A stretch of DNA of 37,090 nucleotides from the NCBI RefSeq assembly GCF_001194135.2, contig NC_068981.1, positions 150,197,470 through 150,234,559 of the forward strand. The letters run 5' to 3'. Of the stretch, positions 27,773-37,090 are shown one piece after another. The DNA is from Octopus bimaculoides (taxonomy: Eukaryota). Position 1 is the stretch's first letter. Every line of letters starts with the position of its first letter. The translations under genes were made by a program, and so were the position numbers. The notes below the pieces were generated by a model. That model ran no database searches, was not told where the DNA came from, and worked only from the letters and a program-made list of their open reading frames with translations.

Positions 27773-29587
27773 CCCATCTCTGTGAAGTTATTGCGTGAGT
27801 TTGTCTTGATGTGTCTATTGAATTGTTGCCATTGTTAATTGAATTGTTTGAATTGTTGCCGTTGTTGATTCGTTAATTGTTGTTTTGTTTCCCATTGTGG
27901 GAAAATAGAGAAGGCCCAAGTTATGCGGCCGCAATGGGCAAAGGAGTAGACACGCGAGAGTTGGAGGTCCGCGAGATAAAAGTGGAGCCTAGAAAGATGA
28001 AGGAGAGTGAGAAATTAATCACAAAGGAAGGAAACACATTGAAGCTAACACCGCCCGAAGAGCTATCGGCCAACGTGACAAAAATAACGGTCATATTTAA
28101 AACCATGAAGGCAGCCACGAGAAAGATAGTTTGCACCAATAGAGGCCATGAAGGAATGTGTTAATATAAAAAAGATTCACAACATACATTACGAGAGGGA
28201 GAAGATACGCCACTGTGTAGGTGCGCTTCACGACGGAGGAGGAAGCAATAAAGCACTCCGCAGAGGCAATAAGGACAGAGGAATGGGTTCTCTTGCCTTC
28301 GTACTACGGCAAAAGTGTGACCAAGGTGCGAGTGGGTAAGGTACCACCCGGACTGAAAGAAGAATGGCTGATGACAGCCATAACGTATAATATGAAAGAC
28401 GGGAAGATTCTGAAGGCTACAAGNNNNNNNNNNTAAGGTACCACCCGAACTGAAAGAAGAATGGCTGATGACAGCCATAACGTATAATATGAAAGACGGG
28501 AAGATTCTGAAGGCTACAAGGTCCCAGAAGGTGAACTACCGGGGACATGGTATCGAATTAACGATTCAAGCAACAATGGAGGACTTGAATAGTGTGGTGG
28601 ATGAGATTGTGCTGCCAGAAGATGTGAAGCTGAGAGTTACTGTGGAGGGTAGGCCGCCAGTGTGTTTCACATGTGGAGAAAGGGGCCACATGAAGGCATG
28701 GTGCACCCAAAGAAAGTCACAAACAGAACAAGAAGAGAGACATGAGAGTGTGGACCACGTAGTACAGGACAAGGTAACAGAAAAAGAAACGGAAGATGGA
28801 TTCACTATGGTTAAAAAGAAAAGAAAGAAGAGCGGAGGAATGAGTTCTCCGCCAGAAAAGCAGAAAAAGAAGAGAGAAGAGGTGAGAAAAGAAACTGTGA
28901 AGGAGGGCAGTAGGAAGGGAAAAGAAAGTTAAAAGAAAGTGGAGTTGCCAGTGGAGTTGCCAGTGGCGCTACCAGTTGAGAAAGTGTCGGAAACCCAACT
29001 GTATGAAGGTGAGATGGAGAGACTATTTATGGAGGAAGAAACGAGAGAACCAAAAGTCCAAGACAAAAGAAAGAAGATACGAGGAGGAGATGGAGTGTGG
29101 TATGATGTGACGTACCCCAAAAATGTTGAAACAGAGAAAAAGATTATCAAGTTTCATTCAATAGTAAAAGTGAAGGTGCATTCATACGTCTACGCAGAAG
29201 ATATGAAGGCAATATTGATTGAAGAGGAAAACTACAGAAATTTGAAAGTGATGTGTGGTGATAGCATTGACCCACCAGGAGTGGAGGTGGAATTTAAAGA
29301 GTTGCCAACAGTGGTGGATTTGAGAGATATCGAACCACTGATGAAGTTCTACTAAAGACAAAAAAATATGAAATTAAAGGGAAAAAAAGAACAATTATAG
29401 ATAATGCATATAACGGTTCAAATGGTACTGCATGGGAGTGGGGCCCATGCGTCCATTTTCATTTTTTCATTTTTATATAACTTTCATCGCATTTACATTC
29501 GTTTTATGTTTTGTGTCCCCACTATTGTCTTGTCTGTCCTTGTGGTGTCCCTATTTATGTTTAGGGCTGTATGCCTAATAAAGAAAT
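27773..29587 (+). mobile_element. ORF1-only L1/Tx1-like non-LTR element inserted in a SINE
   Basis: Bounded by CGGTAT (27767-27772) and CGGTAC (29588-29593). Has a GT-rich 5' UTR, one gag-like ORF, a 232-bp 3' UTR ending aataaagaaat, and no EN or RT. Confidence 0.85.
27877..29355 (+). pseudogene. Gag-like ORF1 (RRM-like region, CX2CX4HX4C knuckle, charged linker, unknown C-terminal domain), disrupted
   Basis: SYAAA near the start; VRFTTEEEA and VTKVRVGKVPP; VTVEGRPPVCFTCGERGHMKAWC. Frameshifts near 28130-28220, in-frame TAA at 28930-28932, and the same frame continues to 29355. Confidence 0.85.
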
Positions 29588-29770
29588 CGGTACTTCGTCT
29601 GCCATTACGTTCTGAGTTCAAATTCCGCCGAGGTAGACTTTGCCTTTCATCCTTTCGGGGTCGTAAATTAAGTACCAGTTACGCACTGGAGTCGATGTAA
29701 TCGACTTAATCCCTTTGTCTGTCCTTGTTTGTTCCCTCTGTGTTTAGCTCCTTGTTGGTAATAAAGAAAT
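29588..29770 (+). mobile_element. Family A SINE 3' part (B box) with variant LINE-like tail
   Basis: cggtacttcgtctgcc...gagttcaaattccgccgagg...atcgact, followed by the tail ttgtctgtccttgt...tgtttag...taataaagaaat. Confidence 0.92.
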
Positions 29771-29771
29771 A

Positions 29772-29959
29772 AGAAACGTTAGCACGCCGGGCGAAATGCT
29801 TAGCGGTATTTCGTCTGTCTTTACGTTCAGAGTTCAAATTCCGCCGAGGTCGACTTTACCTTTTCATCCTTTCGGGGTTGATAAACAAAGTACCAGTTAG
29901 GTACTGGGGTTGATCCAATCGACTGGCCCCTCCCCAAAAATTTCGGGCCTTGTGCCTAG
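29772..29959 (+). mobile_element. Family A SINE lacking its first ~15 nt, standard tail
   Basis: Starts agaaacgttagcacgccgggcg and ends atcgactggcccctccccaaaaatttcgggccttgtgcctag at the gap. Confidence 0.93.
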
Positions 29960-30148
29960 NNNNNNNNNNNNNNNNNNNNNNNNNNNNNNNNNNNNNNNNN
30001 NNNNNNNNNNNNNNNNNNNNNNNNNNNNNNNNNNNNNNNNNNNNNNNNNNNNNNNNNNNNNNNNNNNNNNNNNNNNNNNNNNNNNNNNNNNNNNNNNNNN
30101 NNNNNNNNNNNNNNNNNNNNNNNNNNNNNNNNNNNNNNNNNNNNNNNN

Positions 30149-30182
<34 letters not shown>

Positions 30183-32167
30183 CGCATACAGAGACAAAAA
30201 GGTGAGGTCAGGGATGACTGATTTATCATAAGAAATGACATTAGACAACTTTAATTAATCTCCATCACTTAGATATAAGTTTTATCTGCTTCTATGTAAA
30301 AGTGTACCAATGTATATGCATGTGTATGCCAGTACGTATTTAAACAGTATGAACTGCAATGATACTTATTTTTGTGTTTAAATGTGTGTGTGTGTGTATG
30401 TGTGAGCGTGTGTGTATGTGAGTATGTGTGTATGTGAGTATGTGTGTGTTTGAGTATGTGTTCGCACGTATTAAACCTATGCTCAATGTTTTTAATAGCA
30501 GCTGATTAAAGAAACTAGATACATCTGCTACCGTATAATGAAGAAAATTCACTAGAATATTTTCTTTTCTTTATAGTTTCTATTCAGAGCGATGTTCTAT
30601 TCATGTTTCCAATGCAAGTTTGCTTGCAAACTCTTGCATATGTAATCATTCATTGTATTATATCAGAGTTAATGGCATCTTTTTGATTAGTCCTTTGACC
30701 TGTACTTTTCAAGAATCGGAAATTTGATGTTTCAGAAATCTATGATTTTCCTAAAAGCATTAGTAACTAATTTCGAAGGTATACCGGCTAGTCAATTGAT
30801 TTAACCTGAGATAGAGTGTTGAAACGGAAATCATTTCTTCCTCATAAAGTGAAAATAGATATTTACAAAATATGTATAATATTGTATTTATTTACTTTAA
30901 GATTATTTTTCATATGTTATATCTTGAGATAATATATAATACTATTTCTAAAGAAAAATTAGTACAAAGATCTATGTGTATTTTACAATTTACACTAGCT
31001 CGGTGTGGCGGAAAGGACAGTACCCTTGGCTCTCGTGGTTCTTGCTAAAGTAGTGAGAAATGTCATCGGGGCTCCTCTTGAACCATTGCAATTCAACACC
31101 CCGCCAAAAAAGAAAATGAAATGTGTATGTTGAGGAGGGTTCAAGAGGCTTGATGTTTGAGAAGGGAGAGCTGAACTAGAACGACCTAATTGATTATTAT
31201 TAAAATGAAGCAGGTAAACTCAAGTAAGGAATAAACATCAGAAGCATTCCATCTCACTTTTTAGCGTTCTCCACAAGTAAGACTAGATATCAGTTTCTGT
31301 GGACTAGGCTAAAAATCAAGTTTTACAATACAATGTAGTGTTGGGTTGTTCGTGATTTCTTGAACGGTATCGTGCGTCCAGCTTCATTCTTTGTACTATA
31401 CGCACTTTCTTGTCCTTTTCTGCCCATATTGTCAAACCACAAGAATTCTCACCTTGTCCCTATTTATTTCCGAAATTGTTATCTCTCAGATTCTCAAATG
31501 CAGCATTAAGCGCACGAGATCAACAGTGATGTATGACCTGCAAAAGCCATTGGTATAACCCTTTCCTTTGAAATAAATCACTATAAAGTGTTAAAAGATG
31601 TCAGCAAGGAACTGGAAGGAAGTTTTGAATATGGTTTCCTGAAAACGAATCTCTTCTTGTACAATGTTTATAACAAGTATGCCAAAATAATATTTAGATA
31701 TAGTAACTCAGAATGCTGGTGTGTGAATCAGAAACCATATATTAACACAAAGCCAAACTTTTCATAAAGATACACAACTAATTTGATCCTCTATTTTATC
31801 GTCTTCGCAGATATGGAAGGCAGATTCACTGTTTCTGTGACTCGAGTCCCAACCGGAGAAGCTAGAAACTAAATACCGTTATTAATATTTTGTTCAACGC
31901 TTTTAAAATCACTGTTACAAGACCACTTGAAGAAGTTGTGATATTACTAAATCGTAATGACTGAGGAGATAAAATCTCACTCGAATGAAACGTTCCACAT
32001 TCTTCTTATCGACAACCACTTAACAAAGATTTGAACAACTCATATTCACTTGATATATCTGTAGAGCAGTGAACAAAAGATAAGGAATAAATGGATTGGC
32101 TGTGACGAGTTGGTTTTAAGTTGAATAAAAGATTTATGTACTGAGGTATCAACAACAACAACAACAT

Positions 32168-32198
<31 letters not shown>

Positions 32199-32415
32199 CA
32201 CAACAGAAGTCTTTATGCGGTTGCCAATCCTACTAGAAATAACAGTGGTATTTCACCTACAGTGTTCTTAAAATGAAGTTGGCATTACAGATTCTGGATG
32301 CGCAAAACAAAGACGACACAGTGGCCAAGAATTGAATGTCATTTAATGATATGTTTGCTTGATCACGAGCATGTTGTAACCGAACTTGTACTACTACTAC
32401 TAATAATAATAATAC

Positions 32416-32626
32416 TTTCTACTAAAATCAAAAGGTTTGAAATTTTGAGGGCGGGACTGGTCGATTACATCGACTCCAGTGTTCAACTGCTACTTAATTT
32501 ATCGACCCCGAAAAGATGAAGTCCAAAGTCGACATCAGCGGAATTTGAACTCAGAACGTAAGGACGGACGAAATGTCGCTAAGCATTTGGCCCTGCGTAG
32601 TAACGATCCTGCCACCTTGCCGCCTT
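32416..32626 (-). mobile_element. Full-length family A SINE
   Basis: Reverse complement reads aaggcggcaaggtggcaggatcgttac...gagttcaaattccgc...gtagaaa, ending in (TAG/TAT)n. Confidence 0.93.
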
Positions 32627-33072
32627 CGTAATGCTTGTATTACCTCTACGACTATCACCACCATTACCACCATCACCAAAGCCACTACCACCACTACCAC
32701 CGCTCTAATGTTACTACTACTGCTGCTGTTGCATTTATATCCAAAGCATCTATGGCTATTTTAGTACAAAGTCAAACAAAGCTTTCGAATTCACCTATCG
32801 ATTACAAGTACTTTTATATTGAGCAAAGTGTGTTATTATCATTGTTCATATAAACCTCACATTCGTCTCTGATTACTCATCTAATAGCAGCGCCGTTTAC
32901 ATTAATTACAATCGGTATCATAATGGGCTAATTTCTCAGTTGTGTGTTGTCTATTTATAGTAATATATATGTATCATGTATATTATATCCTATAAAAATA
33001 CGTCATATATATTTGAAAGAGGCTTTCATATATATTTCCACTCGTGCGGTATCTTACAACTTTACTTTGTTT

Positions 33073-33154
<82 letters not shown>

Positions 33155-33155
<1 letters not shown>

Positions 33156-33385
33156 TTCTTCTATTCTTTTACTTGTTTTAATAATTTAACTGCGGCCATG
33201 GTGTCGTACCGTCTGCAGGGGTTTTAATCGAACAAATCGACCTCAGGACATATCTTTTATGCCTAGTACTTATTCTGTCACTCACTTTTCCTGAAGCGGT
33301 AAGTTACGGGGACGCAAGCACACTACCACGACTGTCAAACGGTGATGCGGAGAGGACACACACAAAGACACACACACACACACAA
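33155..33385 (-). mobile_element. Family B SINE 3' half, ending in its (CA)n tract
   Basis: ttttacttgttt...actgcggccatg...aagttacggggacg...aaacggtg is the reverse complement of the 4730-4905 segment. Confidence 0.8.
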
Positions 33386-33389
33386 TCCA

Positions 33390-33520
33390 TTCCTTTAAAA
33401 AAAAACTATATAGCTTCTTCTGATATAATTCTAGTGTCCTATTGGTGCAATTCTTAGTTATTAATACTAGGTCATCCCTATATAAACCACCCTCCAACTT
33501 TAAGTTTACATATAATATAC
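33390..33520 (-). pseudogene. Penelope RT catalytic fragment (GLYRDD), inverted
   Basis: LEGGLYRDDLVLITKNCTNRTLELYQKKLYSFFLKE in ORF 33282..33569(-). Confidence 0.8.
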
Positions 33521-33527
33521 GTAAAAA

Positions 33528-34550
33528 ATATCGTTGCTTTCTTCCAATTTTGAGATTTTCCAAAAACATGCACCTTATTTTAATGAAGAACTTCGGAAGG
33601 CGGGATATAATAATAATAACATTAAATTTTTTAATAATTCAAAATATATCTATAATATAAAAGATTATAATATAAATGACTCATATATTTTTTTATAATA
33701 ATAAACTTAACACTAAGTATTATAAGTTTTATTTAGGTAATTATGGTATTAATAATAGGGATTATGATAATACAAAACATAAATATAACAATAATAATAG
33801 ACTAAGAAATACGATTAAATGTAATTCATTTAATAATAATAATAGATCTAATAGAATAAATAATAAAAGAAAAATTTGGTTAGTAATTCCCTACGGAGAC
33901 AAAGTTAAAACAAACATTATTAAAGTGATTTTAAATATAATTGAAATATTCATTAAAGACAATGAAAAATATGATGACATCTTTTCTAGTAATAACTTTG
34001 GAGTTGGTTATTCTATTATTAATAATGTTGGTAACATTATCTCATCCTTTAATAAATTTAAATTGAATAAGTTTTACAATAACAAATCAATTAATGCTTC
34101 CAATAAAAAGGATAATAGAGACCAGAATATGATTAATTGTACATGTAGAGATAAGACTAAATGTAAATTTAATAATAAATGTAATTTGGAGGATGTAGTA
34201 TATAAATATGTGGTGACTTTGAATGGTGATAATAATAAGAATGGTTATAATTTGAATACTATTTATATAGGGTTGACTTCTAATAAAATTAAGTCACAGA
34301 TGGCTCGACATATGAATTCTTTTAAGAATAGAAATTCAATTAATTCTACTGGCCTTAGTAAATTCATATGGGAACTAAAATCTAAAAGCATTTAGTACAA
34401 TTTAAATTGAGAGATAATTTGTAAGGCAAAATCTTATCGAGTAGGTAGTAAGTTTTGTTTATTATGTACTAATGAATTTAAGGAGATATGATTAACTAAT
34501 AAAAAAACATTAATTCTCTAGATGACCGCTAAATTAAATGTAGACATAAG
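33528..34550 (+). pseudogene. Penelope linker plus GIY-YIG endonuclease, decayed
   Basis: IWLVIPYGDKVKTNI, NCTCRDKTKCKFNNKC, VVYKY...YIGLT, RHMNSFK, TGLSKFIWELK; past stops it continues FCLLC and KCRH. Confidence 0.88.
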
Positions 34551-35321
34551 TTAAATTATTTATATAATATGTTTACATAATATGTTTATAGAAAACCTAT
34601 TTTACGTTACTAATTGTTGTAGTTACAATTCGTAGTAGTAAAATACGTATAATTAACATAAGATTAGTTAGAGACAATGCATAATTAGAATAAAATCAAC
34701 TATGCAATTTATTAGTAAATAAATAATTTAATGAAAATATATTAATTTATAAAAACTTAAAATTATTTACGTCCATTATATATTTTTTACGTATGGTAGT
34801 TTTAAATTATTTAGACTTTAAAAATAACCAGACTTTAATATTTTCCAGCAAATGGTATACTATAGGTCAGTTTTTTATTATTCTGAAATACATTTTGTCA
34901 TTTTATTAACTTAAATACGTACTTCTCTCTACTTTTGCTGACGCCATATTGGTCACGTGATATATTTCTTATAAATGATAAGTTCTACGCATTACGTTTA
35001 AAATTTTAGTTCACAGAAATTCGTCGATAATATAAGTCATGCTTTTAATTTTAATGAATATTGTTAAATGTTCTCATTTATTTATCGTATTAACACGGAT
35101 TTTACTATATTTATTTCTTTTCATAATGGATGATTATTATTAGTTCACGGTAATTATTCGATAAGATAAATTATAAATTATGCTTTTAATTGTAAGTAAT
35201 ATTATTGAATGTTTTTCATTTATATATTGTATTAACACGTATTTTTATATATATATTTATTTCTATTTTTAATTAATTATTATGGGGTAAGATACGTACA
35301 TTGATTTTTATTTTTATTCTA

Positions 35322-35429
35322 GACCTGAAGAGTGATTATATTTTTAAATAGAATTAAATTTGGATTGATTTATTTTTTGAATTGAGTTGATTTTATCTGT
35401 TTTAATATAGCCACGAAACGCACGTAGTC
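35322..35429 (+). ncRNA. Minimal type I hammerhead ribozyme
   Basis: Stem I GAC(35322-24)/GTC(35427-29); CUGAAGA 35325-31; stem II GTG.../...CAC; GAAA 35415-18; tiny stem III CG-CA-CG; GUA cleavage triplet 35424-26. Located in a Penelope 3' region. Confidence 0.8.
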
Positions 35430-35578
35430 AACTCATTGCTATTTACCTTTTATGCTTTATCAATTCACAGCTACTTTCTTTTTATGCTTTATTGGATTCT
35501 TATAGCATATTCTTTTTTCTGGATGATGTCATTGGGGTCTTTCATTGTCTGAATTGTATAATGGTGGTTCTTCGCTAA

Positions 35579-35616
<38 letters not shown>

Positions 35617-36122
35617 NNNNNNNNNNNNNNNNNNNNNNNNNNNNNNNNNNNNNNNNNNNNNNNNNNNNNNNNNNNNNNNNNNNNNNNNNNNNNNNNNNNN
35701 NNNNNNNNNNNNNNNNNNNNNNNNNNNNNNNNNNNNNNNNNNNNNNNNNNNNNNNNNNNNNNNNNNNNNNNNNNNNNNNNNNNNNNNNNNNNNNNNNNNN
35801 NNNNNNNNNNNNNNNNNNNNNNNNNNNNNNNNNNNNNNNNNNNNNNNNNNNNNNNNNNNNNNNNNNNNNNNNNNNNNNNNNNNNNNNNNNNNNNNNNNNN
35901 NNNNNNNNNNNNNNNNNNNNNNNNNNNNNNNNNNNNNNNNNNNNNNGTGGATATAATTTCTTTATTTGTGAATTAATGCAACCACTTGTTTTTATATTAC
36001 GAAAAAGTAGAAAAATATACTAGTGTCTTAACAATTTTTCAAGCCGATCACATGGAGAAAGTTGTTTGCCTCCATTCTGGAAAACACAGTCTCGTATGCA
36101 TATATATCTATGTATATCTAAG

Positions 36123-36185
<63 letters not shown>

Positions 36186-36239
36186 AAGTGGTTAGGTGTC
36201 CATACAAATCAAAAATTATAGTTAAAATAATAATTTGGA

Positions 36240-37090
36240 AAAGGCACAGGATCCCTTCAGTTTGACTCACACATTTATTAATTAATTTTTTTCAACTGGA
36301 CAGTTTCAAACTTTGTATACTGGTGGAATGTCTCACGCAGAACACGGTTTATTTTGAACATTTTTGACAAAATTTGATTTTTTAGAAGTTATTTCGTGTT
36401 AAAGTTGTCGTATTTTGCTAGTTTCAACCAATCAATGACGTGTATTCAGTTGAAGAAAGCTACTGCTGTTTGCGATACTAATCGGAGAGGGACAACCTCT
36501 GGGTCACCTCTACTAAATGTCATCACTCTGTTCTATTTGTATGTCGAACGAAGATAATCCTTTCTTCTTTTCTAGTCAACACCGTGCATTCTTTACTCTT
36601 TCCCTCCCTTCTACACTGTCAACTAGCATTCAGTGAGCGAACTTGTCACTGCCACTACAATCTTCCGATGTATAAGCGGCTATTTGTTTTTTTCTATCTT
36701 CATGTCTTGGAAATGTTATTTTTAATTTAATACTTTTATATTGATGAAGTGCTTGTTGTTGATTATAGTAAGATAAAATCATAACAATAACAATACATCT
36801 CATAGTTGTAAAATAAAACCATTTTGAAACTACATATATGTCAACAAAAAGGCTAGCTGAGGACTCGTAGCTCTACAGATCATTTAAACACCGGTGCGCT
36901 TTGTGTGTGGATAAAACATCGATGTCGGGAAACGAATATATATATTTAAATAATATTTCTTCCTTCCTGGCGTTGATTCTTCGATGTTTACTGTCAAAAA
37001 TGTTCAAAGTAAACCGTGTTCTGCGTGGGGCATTCCACCAGTATACGAAATTTTAAATTGTTTATTTAAAAAAAAATAATTAAAAAATCT
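36240..37090. mobile_element. MITE / non-autonomous DNA transposon with long imperfect inverted arms; right end runs off the window
   Basis: 36315-36368 versus the reverse complement of 36993-37046 match at 51/54 nt. Looser symmetry continues outward and there is no coding capacity between the arms. Confidence 0.85.

Larger units (their letters stand above)
33386..35580 (+). mobile_element. Penelope-like element (Naiad/Chlamys-type by motif), 5'-truncated with inverted RT fragment
   Basis: Plus strand: ISLLSSNFEIFQKHAPYFNEELRKAGY linker, then GIY-YIG region. Minus-strand YRDD fragment at the left end, hammerhead near the right end, (CA)n on both flanks. Confidence 0.88.

Noticed and set aside
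28337-28520. 87-bp direct duplication inside ORF1 (28337-28423 and 28434-28520, one mismatch)
   Set aside because: The copies flank a 10-N gap exactly, which is typical of unmerged overlapping contig or haplotype ends.
27735-29925. Reading the two SINE bodies as a ~150-bp target-site duplication around a 60-nt truncated LINE tail
   Set aside because: The two bodies differ at many clustered positions (e.g. aattaagtaccagttacgcact vs aacaaagtaccagttaggtact), which fits two subfamilies better than a duplication.
34393-34490. In-frame TGA codons in the Penelope endonuclease as possible selenocysteine
   Set aside because: The first TGA falls at an expected Trp, TAG stops and frameshifts are also present, and the conserved Cys codons are intact; this is ordinary decay.

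Overview
Eukaryotic, AT-rich, repeat-dominated window with seven N-gaps. The SINE families and microsatellite load suggest an octopus (cephalopod) genome; this is an inference from recognised repeats. No host protein-coding gene, rRNA, true tRNA or CRISPR array can be supported, and most long ORFs in the track are microsatellite or N-gap artefacts. Recognisable content: three tRNA-derived SINE families (about 15 copies or fragments), two decayed RTE-type LINE fragments, a decayed D34D mariner, a possible piggyBac relic, an internally deleted R4/Dong element in (TAA)n next to an R4 RT fragment, a Penelope-like element (GIY-YIG, inverted RT fragment, hammerhead ribozyme) in a (CA)n tract, and a long-TIR MITE. 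The most interesting structure is at 27720-29959. A 1.8 kb ORF1-only (RRM-like plus CCHC knuckle, no ORF2) L1/Tx1-type element splits a tRNA-derived SINE between its A and B boxes with a CGGTA(T/C) duplication. It shares its 3' tail with that SINE variant, which itself appears nested in another copy of the same SINE. This suggests a SINE-targeting retrotransposon system.
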